Shown here: positions 1 through 10,596 of the stretch, in pieces | Position numbering within the stretch: the stretch's first letter is position 1 | Layout: each line of letters starts with the position of its first letter | Assembly (NCBI RefSeq): GCF_000195855.1 | Contig: NC_002677.1 | Location: 870,001 to 902,000, forward strand | Direction: 5' to 3' | Origin: Mycobacterium leprae TN | Lineage (GTDB): Bacteria > Actinomycetota > Actinomycetes > Mycobacteriales > Mycobacteriaceae | Length of the DNA: 32,000 bases | The notes under the pieces: model-generated | What the model saw: the letters and a program-made list of their open reading frames with translations, nothing else | Told to the model about the DNA's origin: nothing | The model's database searches: none | Made by a program: the position numbers and the translations under genes

Positions 1-27
1 GGCGCGGGTATTCTCACGGAATGGCTA

Positions 28-918
28 TCAGACAGGTACGGCTCCGGGGCTTTCGCCTGCAGTGATCGGCACTCGTACGGTGTTCCCCCACTCGGTCCAC
101 GAGCCGTCATAGTTACGCACTCCCGGTTTGCCCAGCAGATGGGTGAGTACGAACCAAGTGTGGCTGGATCGCTCGCCGATGCGGCAATATACGATGGTTT
201 TATCGTTTGGGGTGATGAAGTCATAGAGCCGTTCCAATTCTTCGCTGCTGCGGAATCGACCGCTTTTGTCGACTGTCATTTCCCACGGGATCGACCTGGC
301 GGTGGGGATGTGGCCGGCTCGCAGCACACTTTCTTCGGGGGAGTCGGGCATTTCGGTGCATTTGCCGGTGTACTCGTCGAGGGATCGCACGTCGATCAGC
401 GGCTGAGTGCCGAGGATGGCCAACACGTCGTCTTTGAATGCGCGGATGGGTGCGTCGTTCCGGTTTACCACGGGATAGCTGGTCGATGTCTTATTCGGCA
501 CGGCCAGGCTGGTATCCCGGCGTTCGGCGAGCCATAGATCACGACCGCCGTTGAGCAGTCGCACGTCGGGATGGCCGAACAAGGTAAAGACCCACAGTGC
601 GTAGGCCGCCCACCAGTTGCTCTTGTCGCCGTAGATCACCACGGTGTCGTCGCGGGCGATGCCCTTGCGGTTCATCAAGTCGGCGAATTGCTCGCCAGTG
701 ATGTAGTCACGCACCTTCGGGTCATTGAGGTCGGTGTGCCAGTCGACCTTCACCGCGCCAGGAATATGTCCGACATCGTAGAGCAGTACGTTCTCGTCGG
801 ATTCGACTATAGCCAGACCGGGTTTGCCCAGATGGAAGTACAGCCAATCACCGGTTACTAGCCGTTCGGGGTGGGCGTAAGCCGACAGGGAAGGGCTTGG
901 ATCTGTGGGTAGCGGCAC
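28..918 (-). CDS. sseA: Thiosulfate sulfurtransferase (rhodanese), SseA-like (Rv3283 orthologue)
   Basis: 296-aa intact ORF; two rhodanese domains with active-site motif [11 protein letters not shown]; position next to maf/accE5/accD5 as in M. tuberculosis. Confidence 0.95.
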   Translation of the reverse strand: MPLPTDPSPSLSAYAHPERLVTGDWLYFHLGKPGLAIVESDENVLLYDVGHIPGAVKVDWHTDLNDPKVRDYITGEQFADLMNRKGIARDDTVVIYGDKSNWWAAYALWVFTLFGHPDVRLLNGGRDLWLAERRDTSLAVPNKTSTSYPVVNRNDAPIRAFKDDVLAILGTQPLIDVRSLDEYTGKCTEMPDSPEESVLRAGHIPTARSIPWEMTVDKSGRFRSSEELERLYDFITPNDKTIVYCRIGERSSHTWFVLTHLLGKPGVRNYDGSWTEWGNTVRVPITAGESPGAVPV

Positions 919-1118
919 ACCTTAAAGCTTACTCATCCTGATGTTGTTGGTGATCATGCTTAGAGTCTGAAGCGCTGATGTCCATTGGGCTATGTCAGTC
1001 TGGTATCTCGGGTAGTCCGAGCAACCCATCGGCACACGGTTCACTAACCGTGGCCTGGGTACTAGCCGGAGGCAGTGCAGGTAACGCATCATGCTGCTGA
1101 GGTGCAACGGCTGAATTT

Positions 1119-1763
1119 CTAGATGACCGGATTGGCTGCCCACATTGCGGCAATAGACAACCCCGCACGGGACAGTAGCGACCGCGTCAAAGGCAGTCCG
1201 ATCCCTACAACGGTTGACGGATCGCCGTAGACCGCGTCGATGAACCAGCCACCTAGGCCGTCAAGCGTGAACCCTCCAGCGACTTGCAACGATTCGCCGC
1301 ATGCCAGGTAGGCTTCCAGGTCTTCAGCTGACGGATTTCCGAAACATATTGTGGTCATTGATGTTTCATCGACAGAATAAGTAGTTTCGTTGTTTAGTAA
1401 CCGGATAACGCAGTGACCGGTATAGAGTTGGCCGGCGCGCCCTGCCATCGACTGCCACTGTTGCCGTGCGTTGGCGACGGACTGCGGTTTGCCGTACAGT
1501 CGGCCATCGATGGAAAGTTGTGAATCACAGCTAATGACAACGCAATCGTCTGCGACTGCGTGGCTCAGAGCTGCCGCGACTTGGGTGGCTTTGGCTCGGG
1601 CGAGTGTGCTTACCACATCGCGCGGCGAAGTGTCTGACCCGAGGCCTGCGGTGACCAGATCTTCATCGACACCGGAAGCTGCGACCAGTGGATCAATGCC
1701 GGCTTGGCGAAGCACTTTGAGTCGACCGGCGGAAGCGGACCCGAGTACCAGCCGGGTCATCGG
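1119..1763 (-). CDS. maf: Maf-like nucleotide pyrophosphatase (Rv3282 orthologue)
   Basis: ORF track gives 1119..1844; the conserved N-terminus [24 protein letters not shown] begins at M28 (ATG at 1763). Contains [15 protein letters not shown] and [11 protein letters not shown] motifs typical of Maf. Confidence 0.9.
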   Translation of the reverse strand, partial: PMTRLVLGSASAGRLKVLRQAGIDPLVAASGVDEDLVTAGLGSDTSPRDVVSTLARAKATQVAAALSHAVADDCVVISCDSQLSIDGRLYGKPQSVANARQQWQSMAGRAGQLYTGHCVIRLLNNETTYSVDETSMTTICFGNPSAEDLEAYLACGESLQVAGGFTLDGLGGWFIDAVYGDPSTVVGIGLPLTRSLLSRAGLSIAAMWAANPVI

Positions 1764-2011
1764 CGCATATGCGTCATCTCGTGAAGGGTGATGCGTTGCC
1801 AGCTGAAGACCGGGTACCGCAACTTGTCGACCGGCAGGCCCCATCGAGTGGGTTCGGGCTGCTTGACCTGCGATGCACCGCCGATGCTGCTCAGCACCAC
1901 GATTAGCGCGGCCAACTCCTGATCGGTGGGTTGTCCTTTGGTTATTTGAATATGTGGGTTTTGGGTCGTGGGCAATTTGTTCGTCTCACTCCCGTCGTTC
2001 GCTGCACTCAC
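1757..2011 (-). CDS. accE5: Acyl-CoA carboxylase epsilon subunit AccE5
   Basis: 84-aa ORF; C-terminus [17 protein letters not shown]...[31 protein letters not shown] matches the AccE family; overlaps accD5 stop by 4 nt and maf start. Confidence 0.92.
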   Translation of the reverse strand: MSAANDGSETNKLPTTQNPHIQITKGQPTDQELAALIVVLSSIGGASQVKQPEPTRWGLPVDKLRYPVFSWQRITLHEMTHMRR

Positions 2012-3657
2012 AGCGGAATGTTCCCGTGCTTCTTGGGGGGAAGGTGTGCGATCTTGCGCTCCAACAGGTGAAGCGCCGTGGCAATGTAGCCGCGAGTGTG
2101 TGACGGCGGGATCACCGCATCGACGTAACCTCGTTCGGCGGCGATGTACGGGTTCACCAGGGTGTCCTCGTACTCTTGCTGCAGCTGCAGGCGTAGCTCA
2201 TCAACATTGGCGCCGTTCTTGGCCGCTTGGGCCAGTTCCTTGCGGTACACGAAGCCTACTGCGCCGGAGGCACCCATCACCGCAATCTGTGCGGTCGGCC
2301 AAGCCAGGTTGACGTCGCAGCCCATATTTTTGGAGCCCATCACGCAGTAAGCGCCACCGTAGGCCTTGCGGGTGATGACGGTGATCTTGGGTACGGTGGC
2401 TTCGCCGTAGGCGAAGAGCAGCTTTGCGCCGCGTCGGATGATGCCATCATATTCTTGCTCGGTGCCAGGCAGGAAGCCTGGAACATCCACCAACATCACG
2501 ATCGGGATGTTGAAGCAGTCGCAGACCCGCACAAATCGGGCTGCCTTTTCCGAGGCGTTGATGTCTAGACAGCCGGCGAACTGGATGGGTTGGTTGGCAA
2601 CGATGCCCACCGGTCGGTCATCTATGCGTCCGAGCCCGACGACGATGTTGGTGGCGTAACCGGCTTGCACCTCAAGGAACTCTTCCTCGTCGAGGAGGCG
2701 GGTCACCACTTCGTGCATGTCGTACGGTTGGTTCGGCGAGTCCGGGATAAGCGTGTCCAACTCCAAGTCTTTAGCGGTCAGGTTGTCTTCAATGGAGCCG
2801 TGAGGAACGGGCTTAGAATACCGCGGCGCGTCGGTGAAGTTGTTTGACGGCAGGTAGCTCAACACATCGCGCACCCAATCGAAGGCGTCTTGCTCGCCCG
2901 ATGCTACATAGTGTGCGGTACCCGACTTGGCCATGTGGGTATGGGCGCCACCCAGCTCCTCCATGGTGACGTCCTCGCCGGTGACGGTCTTGATGACGTC
3001 GGGTCCGGTGATGAACATCTGGCTGGTTTGGTCGACCATAACCACGAAGTCGGTCAGTGCTGGGGAATACACGTGTCCACCGGCGGCCGCTCCCATGATC
3101 AGCGAGATCTGCGGGATGACGCCGGAGGCCAAGATATTGTTGCGGAAAATCCGGCTGTACAGGCCGAGCGAGACGACGCCTTCTTGGATACGCGCGCCCG
3201 CGCCGTCGTTGATGCCGATAAGCGGACGGCCGGTCTTGATCGCCAGTTCCTGGACCTTGACGATCTTCTCGCCATACACTTCGCCCAGGCTGCCGCCGAA
3301 CACCGTGACGTCCTGGCTGAAGATGCATACGTCGCGGCCGTCGATGGTGCCGTAGCCGGTGACCACGCCATCGCCTACCGGGCGGTTTTCACCGAGGCCG
3401 AAGTTGGTGCTGCGGTGTCTGGCCAGTGCGTCGAGTTCGACGAATGAGTCGTCGTCCAATAGGGCGTAGATGCGCTCGCGGGCGGTAAACTTACCCTTAG
3501 CGTGTACCTTCTCGAAGGCAGCTGCACCGACCGGATGCAGCGCTTCTTCGGTCCGCTTATGCAGCTCGGCCAGCTTGCCTGCCGTGGTGTGGATATTGAT
3601 CGTGTGCTCGGCAGCGCGTTCCATTGAATGAGCCGAGTGGTCGGTAACGCTTGTCAT
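2008..3657 (-). CDS. accD5: Acyl/propionyl-CoA carboxylase beta subunit AccD5
   Basis: 549-aa intact ORF; carboxyltransferase motifs [47 protein letters not shown]. Confidence 0.98.
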   Translation of the reverse strand: MTSVTDHSAHSMERAAEHTINIHTTAGKLAELHKRTEEALHPVGAAAFEKVHAKGKFTARERIYALLDDDSFVELDALARHRSTNFGLGENRPVGDGVVTGYGTIDGRDVCIFSQDVTVFGGSLGEVYGEKIVKVQELAIKTGRPLIGINDGAGARIQEGVVSLGLYSRIFRNNILASGVIPQISLIMGAAAGGHVYSPALTDFVVMVDQTSQMFITGPDVIKTVTGEDVTMEELGGAHTHMAKSGTAHYVASGEQDAFDWVRDVLSYLPSNNFTDAPRYSKPVPHGSIEDNLTAKDLELDTLIPDSPNQPYDMHEVVTRLLDEEEFLEVQAGYATNIVVGLGRIDDRPVGIVANQPIQFAGCLDINASEKAARFVRVCDCFNIPIVMLVDVPGFLPGTEQEYDGIIRRGAKLLFAYGEATVPKITVITRKAYGGAYCVMGSKNMGCDVNLAWPTAQIAVMGASGAVGFVYRKELAQAAKNGANVDELRLQLQQEYEDTLVNPYIAAERGYVDAVIPPSHTRGYIATALHLLERKIAHLPPKKHGNIPL

Positions 3658-4544
3658 GGGAGTCGATGTTATCGGCAGCTGCTGTGGTGGTGGTTACGCT
3701 GGGTTTGCGAGGAGATGAGTTGGGTAGTGATCTACTCAAGCCGCCGCTGGATCCAGCGGCACTGCGTGCTGAGCTGATTGGGACGGGGCTCCGGTGGCGT
3801 CAACTGGACGTCGTCACGCAAACCGGTTCCACGAACGCTGACCTGTTGGCGCGGGCAGCGTCAGGCATCGACATCGACGGAGCGGTGCTTATTGCCGAGC
3901 ACCAGACCGCTGGCCGCGGGCGTCACGGCCGCGGCTGGTCGGCTAGCCCTCGCACACAAATCACGATGTCGATCGGTGTGAGTATCGCTGACGTTCCGGT
4001 TGCCACGTGGGCCTGGTTGTCGCTGGCCACTGGGGTAGCGGTGCTGGACACGGTGGCCCCGTTGATTGACGTGACCGGCGTTGACGCCGGCCTCAAGTGG
4101 CCCAACGATGTTCTGGCCGGTCCACCAGGCTCCAAAGGTAAACTCGCGGGCATCCTGGCTGAGGTTGTGCGACCAGTCATCGTCGTCGGTGTGGGACTTA
4201 ACGTCACGCAGGCCCCAAAAGAGGTCGACGGTCCTGGGGCTACCTCGTTGCTTGACCTTGGCGTGCCGGCACCCGATCGGGAGCAGCTGGTGTGCTGGCT
4301 GTTGCGAGAACTCGATGCGCGGGTTGGCCAGTGGCGAAGCGCCGACCCACAGTTGATGGCCGATTATCGGGCGCGTAGCCCGATAATCGGGTCACGTGTG
4401 CGTGCGGAGCTCCCCGGCGGCAAAGACGTGGTCGGAACCGTGCGCGGCATCGATGACCAGGGAAGGTTGTGCTTGAAAACAGAAGGGCCTACCAAAGGAC
4501 AAACCGTCGTGATTTCGGCTGGTGACGTGGTGCATTTGCGCTAG
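3651..4544 (+). CDS. birA: Biotin-[acetyl-CoA-carboxylase] ligase BirA
   Basis: 297-aa ORF; motifs [33 protein letters not shown]. Real start probably internal (e.g. TTG at 3720 following gaggaga), since homologous sequence begins around [16 protein letters not shown]. Confidence 0.95.
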   Translation: MSWESMLSAAAVVVVTLGLRGDELGSDLLKPPLDPAALRAELIGTGLRWRQLDVVTQTGSTNADLLARAASGIDIDGAVLIAEHQTAGRGRHGRGWSASPRTQITMSIGVSIADVPVATWAWLSLATGVAVLDTVAPLIDVTGVDAGLKWPNDVLAGPPGSKGKLAGILAEVVRPVIVVGVGLNVTQAPKEVDGPGATSLLDLGVPAPDREQLVCWLLRELDARVGQWRSADPQLMADYRARSPIIGSRVRAELPGGKDVVGTVRGIDDQGRLCLKTEGPTKGQTVVISAGDVVHLR

Positions 4545-4676
4545 TTTCATCCGGGGCGCCGCTTGCGTTGGGATAGGCGTTTTGCAGGTATTCTCTATAG
4601 ATTTTCTTTGCAAAACGTCAATCTCGACGATTCCACCTCAGACGAACTTGTGACCAAGCCCGCTAATGTCGCGGCT

Positions 4677-5195
4677 ATGAGGTATCCGGGTAATACCTTG
4701 GTTGCTGGCGAGCAGGTGGTTTTGCATCGCCATCCGCACTGGAAGCGTTTGATTTGGCCTGCTGTGGTACTTATCTTGGCGACCGGGCTGGTCTCGTTTG
4801 GTTCCGGGTATGTTAACTCGACGCACTGGGCGCAGGTCGCCAAGAACGTGATCTACGGTGTCCTCTGGGGCGTCTGGCTGGTGATCGTCGGTTGGCTCAC
4901 GTTGTGGCCGTTCCTTAATTGGCTCACCACACATTTCGTCGTAACTAACCGGAGGGTGATGTTTCGGCAAGGGACGCTAACCCGCAGCGGGGTCGACATT
5001 CCTTTGGCGCGCATCAACAGCGTAGAGTTCCGCGACCGGCTTTTCGAGCGAATGTTCCGCACCGGAACACTGATTATCGAATCCGCGTCACAAGATCCAG
5101 TGGAATTCTACAACATTCCGCGCCTGCGCCAGATGTACGCGTTGTTGTATCACGAGGTTTTCGACACCCTTGGCTCCGAAGAGTCGCCCAGCTGA
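4677..5195 (+). CDS. PH-domain (bPH2) membrane protein, Rv3278c-like
   Basis: ORF 4563..5195; best start MRYPGNTLVAGEQVVLHRHPHWK at ATG 4677 gives 172 aa. Two TM helices and bPH2 pattern VVTNRRVMFRQGTLTRSGVDIPLARINSVEF. Confidence 0.88.
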   Translation: MRYPGNTLVAGEQVVLHRHPHWKRLIWPAVVLILATGLVSFGSGYVNSTHWAQVAKNVIYGVLWGVWLVIVGWLTLWPFLNWLTTHFVVTNRRVMFRQGTLTRSGVDIPLARINSVEFRDRLFERMFRTGTLIIESASQDPVEFYNIPRLRQMYALLYHEVFDTLGSEESPS

Positions 5196-5836
5196 GACGC
5201 GGGACTCAAATCCAGGCGGCGGGAGCGATTGCGCCAGGCACGCAACAGGGCATCGCCGAAGTCTTCGAAGACGCCATCGATGGCGTCTTCGAAGACTTCG
5301 GCGATGCCGCCCGCAGTGAGGGCAGATTCCAGCGTCTTTTCGGGGTTGCGGGCGAACGCGTCGGGAAACACCCAGCGCCGGAATGCCCAGAAACGAAACG
5401 CCATCTGTAGCAGATTGCCGATGATGTAGGCTGATAGGAAGTCGGCGAGGTTTTCAACGGTTAGTGACACCGTGGGCGCGCGCAGTTGCAGGACATAGCT
5501 CGAGAACCACAGCGGTGCCATGCTTAGCAGCACCCCTATGCCACTGAAGGCGAAAAACAGCAGCGCCTCATTATGGCGCTCGCGGCCGCCACGGTCCCGA
5601 AAGCTCCATTCCCTGTTTAACACGTAGGATGCGATAACAGCGACGATGCCGGCGACGACCTTGGCGGTCACCGGTTTGGGCTCGAGAATCGTCAGTTTGA
5701 GGGTGTAGAAAATTGCTGAATCAATGATGAATGTGGTGCCGCCGACGATGGCAAATTTAATGAGTTCGTGGTAGCGCTGCGCATACGGCTGCAGTACTGT
5801 GGGCAAGCGCGTGATCGTGGCATCGGGAAAAGACAC
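5150..5836 (-). CDS. GtrA-like family membrane protein (Rv3277-like)
   Basis: 228-aa ORF with hydrophobic segments and GtrA pattern FAIVGGTTFIIDSAIFYTLK...NREWSFRDR; 3' end overlaps convergent PH-domain gene by 46 nt. Confidence 0.88.
   Translation of the reverse strand: MSFPDATITRLPTVLQPYAQRYHELIKFAIVGGTTFIIDSAIFYTLKLTILEPKPVTAKVVAGIVAVIASYVLNREWSFRDRGGRERHNEALLFFAFSGIGVLLSMAPLWFSSYVLQLRAPTVSLTVENLADFLSAYIIGNLLQMAFRFWAFRRWVFPDAFARNPEKTLESALTAGGIAEVFEDAIDGVFEDFGDALLRAWRNRSRRLDLSPASQLGDSSEPRVSKTS
5249..5308. repeat. Perfect 60-bp palindrome without spacer (30-bp arms)
   Basis: 5249-5278 ggcatcgccgaagtcttcgaagacgccatc is the exact reverse complement of 5279-5308 gatggcgtcttcgaagacttcggcgatgcc; the flanking bases (g/g) do not pair. 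Confidence 0.97.
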
Positions 5837-5923
5837 AACACGTCAGTGTACGGATTGACGTAAAATGCTACCTAACGGTTGGGTATTACTACGGGTCAAT
5901 ATGCTCTCTGTCGCCATGACACC

Positions 5924-7243
5924 ATGATGGCTGTGCCGAGTAGATGCTCGCTTGGAGTTGCTCCATTGGTTGCCATGGTCGGTGGCGGTCAACTGGCTCG
6001 GATGACCCATCAAGCCGCGATCGCGCTGGGGCAGACCCTGCGGGTGTTAGCTACCGCTGCAGACGAACCCGCTGCTCAGGTCACCCCCGATGTGGTGATC
6101 GGCTCGCACACTGATCTTGAAGACCTGCGCCGCGTTGCCCTCGGAGCCGATGCGTTGACGTTCGATCACGAACACGTCCCGACTGAACTGCTGGACAAAC
6201 TGGTGGCCGAAGGCATCAATGTGGCACCGTCGCCGCAAGCTCTGGTGCACGCCCAGGACAAGCTGGTCATGCGGCGGCGATTGGCGGCGCTGGGAGCTGC
6301 GATGCCTCGCTTCATGGCATTAGACAGTGTGGACGACTTGGCCGAAATCGATGCGTTCGCGCAGCGCCTTACGGGTTCGAAAGATGCCCCGATGGTGGTC
6401 AAGGCGGTCCGCGGGGGTTATGACGGCCGGGGGGTGCAGATGGTCCGCGACTCGGCACACGCCCGCGAGGTCGCCTCCGGATATCTAGTCGACGGAATGC
6501 CGGTCCTGGTTGAGGAGCGAGTGGAACTGCGTCGCGAATTGTCCGCGCTGGTAGCGCGCTCGCCGTTCGGCCAGGGTGCAGCCTGGCCAGTCGTGGAGAC
6601 GGTGCAACGGGACGGGATTTGCGTTTTGGTGGTCGCACCGGCGTTGGCGTTGGCCGACGACCTGGCCTCGGCTGCGCAGCAGCTGGCGTTGCGATTGGCC
6701 GCTGAACTCGGCGTCGTCGGTGTGTTCGCGGTCGAGTTGTTCGAAACCGCCGACGGTGCTTTGCTGGTGAACGAGCTCGCAATGCGGCCGCACAACTCCG
6801 GACACTGGACAATGGACGGTGCTCGCACCAGCCAGTTCGAGCAGCATCTCCGTGCGGTGCTAGACTATCCCCTCGGCGAGACCGACGCCGTCGCGCCGGT
6901 GACCGTGATGGTTAACGTGCTAGGCGCCCCACAACCGCCGACGCTGAGTGTAGTGACTATGGATGAACGGCTACACCACCTGTTTGCGCGGATGCCCGAT
7001 GCTCGGGTTCATCTTTACGACAAGGTTGAGCGTCCTGGTCGCAAGGTTGGGCACATCAATTTTCGCGGCACCGATAAAGACCGAAAAAACCCCACTAAGC
7101 TGCGTGAACGCGCTGAGTTGGCAGCGCATTGGCTATCACACGGGCAGTGGACGGATGGATGGGATCCACACCGTGCCGGCGACGATGTAGTGGAGATATC
7201 TCTCGCTTGCGGAGGACGAAACGATGCGCAGAGGCAGCGCTGA
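5924..7243 (+). CDS. purK: N5-carboxyaminoimidazole ribonucleotide synthase PurK
   Basis: ORF 5879..7243; conserved start MMAVPSR...[25 protein letters not shown] at ATG 5924; ATP-grasp motifs ending [14 protein letters not shown]. Confidence 0.95.
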   Translation: MMAVPSRCSLGVAPLVAMVGGGQLARMTHQAAIALGQTLRVLATAADEPAAQVTPDVVIGSHTDLEDLRRVALGADALTFDHEHVPTELLDKLVAEGINVAPSPQALVHAQDKLVMRRRLAALGAAMPRFMALDSVDDLAEIDAFAQRLTGSKDAPMVVKAVRGGYDGRGVQMVRDSAHAREVASGYLVDGMPVLVEERVELRRELSALVARSPFGQGAAWPVVETVQRDGICVLVVAPALALADDLASAAQQLALRLAAELGVVGVFAVELFETADGALLVNELAMRPHNSGHWTMDGARTSQFEQHLRAVLDYPLGETDAVAPVTVMVNVLGAPQPPTLSVVTMDERLHHLFARMPDARVHLYDKVERPGRKVGHINFRGTDKDRKNPTKLRERAELAAHWLSHGQWTDGWDPHRAGDDVVEISLACGGRNDAQRQR

Positions 7244-7758
7244 TGACCAGGCAGCCCCGAGTCGGGGTGATCATGGGCAGCGACAGCGACTGGTCGGTGA
7301 TGCAAGATGCGGCCCATGCACTGGCGGAGTTTGACATCCCGATCGAGGTTCGGGTGGTGTCGGCGCATCGCACCCCTGCTGAGATGTTCGACTATGCGCG
7401 CAATGCTGTCGACCGCAGCATCGCGGTGATCATTGCCGGCGCCGGCGGCGCAGCTCACCTGCCTGGAATGGTCGCTTCCGCGACTCCGCTGCCGGTGATC
7501 GGGGTGCCGGTGCCGCTGGCCAGGCTCGACGGCCTGGACTCGCTGCTGTCGATCGTGCAGATGCCAGCGGGAGTTCCGGTTGCCACAGTGTCTATCGGTG
7601 GTGCCCGCAACGCGGGTTTGTTGGCGGTGCGTATTTTGGGATCGTCGGACCTGCAGCTTCGAGCGCAGCTGGTCGCGTTCCAGGACCGGTTGGCCGATAC
7701 CGTGCGGGCCAAGGATGCGGATTTACAGCGGTTTCGAGGTAAGTTAATCGGCGACTAA
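7243..7758 (+). CDS. purE: N5-carboxyaminoimidazole ribonucleotide mutase PurE
   Basis: [27 protein letters not shown]...VVSAHRTP...[11 protein letters not shown] at ATG 7243, overlapping purK stop (TGATG). Confidence 0.96.
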   Translation: MTRQPRVGVIMGSDSDWSVMQDAAHALAEFDIPIEVRVVSAHRTPAEMFDYARNAVDRSIAVIIAGAGGAAHLPGMVASATPLPVIGVPVPLARLDGLDSLLSIVQMPAGVPVATVSIGGARNAGLLAVRILGSSDLQLRAQLVAFQDRLADTVRAKDADLQRFRGKLIGD

Positions 7759-7840
7759 TGTCTGACTCTCTCCCCGCACGCGGGTGGGGATGGTCCCACC
7801 GCAGACCGCAAGTAATCCGTCCGCATCATGGTCAGGTTAG

Positions 7841-7847
7841 AAGGAGG
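7841..7847 (+). promoter_or_regulatory. Strong Shine-Dalgarno AAGGAGG upstream of fadE25
   Basis: aaggaggcagtgATG; start ATG at 7853. Confidence 0.7.
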
Positions 7848-7852
7848 CAGTG

Positions 7853-9022
7853 ATGGTTGGGTGGTCCGGAAACCCATTGTTTGATCTATTCAAGCTGCCA
7901 GAAGAACACAACGAATTGCGGGCAACCATCCGCGCGTTGGCGGAAAAAGAGATCGCTCCGCATGCCGCTGATGTGGACCAGCGTGCTCGATTTCCCGAGG
8001 AAGCGCTGGCAGCCCTGAATGCATCAGGTTTCAACGCTATCCACGTTCCCGAGGAGTATGGTGGTCAGGGTGCGGATTCGGTAGCGGCTTGCATTGTGAT
8101 CGAAGAAGTGGCGCGTGTCGATGCTTCTGCATCGTTGATTCCTGCAGTTAACAAGCTTGGCACCATGGGACTCATCCTGCGCGGTTCGGAAGAGCTCAAG
8201 AAACAGGTTCTGCCATCGTTGGCTGCGGAGGGGGCGATGGCGTCCTATGCATTAAGTGAGCGCGAAGCCGGCAGTGACGCTGCGTCGATGCGGACCCGGG
8301 CCAAAGCTGACGGGGATGACTGGATTCTCAATGGCTTCAAGTGCTGGATTACCAACGGTGGCAAGTCGACCTGGTACACGGTTATGGCGGTGACCGATCC
8401 GGACAAGGGCGCCAACGGCATCTCGGCGTTCATCGTGCACAAGGACGATGAGGGATTCAGCATTGGCCCGAAAGAAAAGAAGCTCGGGATCAAGGGGTCA
8501 CCAACCACCGAACTCTACTTCGATAAATGTCGCATCCCCGGTGATCGCATCATTGGTGAGCCCGGTACTGGCTTTAAGACAGCGCTAGCCACGTTGGATC
8601 ACACGCGTCCCACGATTGGTGCCCAAGCCGTGGGCATTGCGCAGGGCGCGTTGGACGCTGCCATCGTTTATACCAAGGACCGCAAGCAATTCGGCGAGTC
8701 GATTAGCACTTTCCAGTCCATTCAGTTCATGCTCGCCGACATGGCGATGAAAGTGGAGGCTGCACGGTTAATTGTCTACGCTGCCGCTGCCCGTGCTGAA
8801 CGCGGTGAGCCGGATCTGGGCTTTATTTCAGCGGCGTCGAAATGCTTTGCTTCCGACATTGCGATGGAGGTCACCACCGACGCTGTGCAATTGTTTGGCG
8901 GCGCGGGCTACACTTCCGACTTCCCCGTCGAGCGGTTCATGCGCGACGCCAAGATCACACAGATCTATGAGGGGACCAATCAGATTCAGCGTGTGGTGAT
9001 GTCGCGGGCGCTGCTGCGCTGA
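7853..9022 (+). CDS. fadE25: Acyl-CoA dehydrogenase FadE25
   Basis: 389-390 aa intact ORF; motifs YALSEREAGSDAASM, GQAVQ-type helix, MRDAKITQIYEGTNQIQRVVMSR. Confidence 0.97.
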   Translation: MVGWSGNPLFDLFKLPEEHNELRATIRALAEKEIAPHAADVDQRARFPEEALAALNASGFNAIHVPEEYGGQGADSVAACIVIEEVARVDASASLIPAVNKLGTMGLILRGSEELKKQVLPSLAAEGAMASYALSEREAGSDAASMRTRAKADGDDWILNGFKCWITNGGKSTWYTVMAVTDPDKGANGISAFIVHKDDEGFSIGPKEKKLGIKGSPTTELYFDKCRIPGDRIIGEPGTGFKTALATLDHTRPTIGAQAVGIAQGALDAAIVYTKDRKQFGESISTFQSIQFMLADMAMKVEAARLIVYAAAARAERGEPDLGFISAASKCFASDIAMEVTTDAVQLFGGAGYTSDFPVERFMRDAKITQIYEGTNQIQRVVMSRALLR

Positions 9023-9249
9023 TCCGGGGTGCGTTGGGCCGGCGAAATCGCTTGCTCGACAAGCAGTCACCACTAGGGCGAACATGTGCAACCCTGTGGC
9101 GTCACAACCGGGGTTACCCATCGTTAGTCTTGAACTGCCGGCTAGCTTGTCCGATGCTGGCATGTGTCGCGCTGGCTGACCGGTTGGCCACGGGTTCTGA
9201 TAAAATAGTAAGACGGTACGGTACTGGGCTGTAGTGCTTGCACGGGTCT

Positions 9250-9545
9250 ATGGTTAGCGGTGTAACCGCGATTCGGTCGTGTAGATCCCAGCCAACAGGT
9301 TCCCCCATACTACCTACCAGTACGATCCTGAAAGCCACGACAACGGTACCGATGATGACGTTGCTCAGGCTACCGCAGTCGCCCTGTGCCCAGTACTCTA
9401 CCAGTAGTACAAATACTGTAAAAGCACGGTTGACAACTCCGATCAGCATTCAGAACGTTGCGGGCGATGGTGATCGTTAACCGTAGCACTGCTTGCTTTG
9501 GGCGTGTCTTTCCCAGGATATCAGATGCCTCGTCCCACTGGTTAG
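9250..9545 (-). pseudogene. Possible remnant of a second PstA-type phosphate permease (pstA2-like)
   Basis: Position downstream of the pstC1 remnant and weak similarity of segments such as VFVLLVEYW to PstA TM regions; no convincing continuous alignment. Confidence 0.25.
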
Positions 9546-10545
9546 TCCGGTATTCCATTCTCGGCGTACCAGCTCACGCGCGGCCACATTTGTCAGCAGT
9601 GCGATCACCGTCAACACCAGAGAAACCTAGGTGAGCGTCATTACTGCTAAGTTGATGGAGTTAGCCAGTGTCGAATCCAGCTGGCAGATAACGGTAGCGG
9701 CGATAGTGGTCATACTCGAATAGATGTTGGTGAGCATTGCCCTTCACTCCGTACCGGATACCATTGCGATGGCCATGGTTTTCCTCGGCGCGCGCCTAAG
9801 TCCGAGAACCACGGCACTGACGATGCCGCTGGACACCCACGGCAAGTTGATTTGGTGCGCGCCATTCCCCAGTCCGGGCATTTTCAACCTCACGGGGCAG
9901 GAGGGGAACCTGTATAACCAAGTTACGGGTGGTGCTGGCTGGCGATGGTAGGAATGACCATAACCACCAGCACTAGGATGGGAACAAATATGTCTTCTTC
10001 GTTACCGGTATTGCTGTAGAAATAGTTGAGCACCGGCACATCCGGAGCGTTGTGGGCGAACACCGGAGCGGTATGGTGAGCGATGAACGGCCCGAATGTC
10101 AGCGCTCCCACAGGCCGACGACAACGCTGGGGATGTCGGCGAGAAATTCGAGTACCATGCTGAGGGTTGAGGCGAGACGTTTCGGTAACTGTTCGGCGGT
10201 CGTCACACCCGCTCTGATGAACACCGGCACCGTGGTGGTTAAGGTGATCGCAGGGCTGCCCAGGGTGCCGAAAATCGGCGGTCATGCTCCGTAGTGAGCG
10301 CCGATCGTATGTGCAACATCGTGGCTGGCGACGGTGTTGCCCGGATTCCATTAAGTGGCCGTGAAGAAATGTAACCCTTTGAACTTGATCACCGGCAGTG
10401 CCTTGATAACCAACGCCGCCCGCACGAACACGAACGCTAGCATCGGGATCACCGCAACCACATCGCCGGTCCACCGGATGGCGAGGCCGGTGCGGCTGAA
10501 GTTACGAAACTGGCTTAGGCCGGTCCGCGGTATGTCCATGCGGCC
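9545..10545 (-). pseudogene. pstC1: pstC1 pseudogene (phosphate ABC transporter permease)
   Basis: Frame-hopping fragments: [38 protein letters not shown] (10351-10539), [28 protein letters not shown] (~10060-10150), AMVSGTE (~9755), MTTIAATVICQLDST..VIALLTNVAARELVRR (9556-9740). Confidence 0.87.
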
Positions 10546-10596
10546 CGGCCTAACCTGAGGCCGGAAAGACCAGTAAAGGGTTATCTAAAACTCTTT

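Noticed and set aside
139-537. 132-aa ORF on the plus strand antisense to sseA
   Set aside because: Antisense shadow of a strongly conserved gene; sequence lacks recognisable domains.
2890-3447. 185-aa plus-strand ORF antisense to accD5
   Set aside because: Long antisense ORFs are expected from high-GC codon bias; composition shows no domain.
5249-5308. Interpreting the 60-bp palindrome as a classical intrinsic terminator
   Set aside because: No T-tract follows on either strand and it lies inside the GtrA-like coding sequence; kept only as a possibility needing RNA data.
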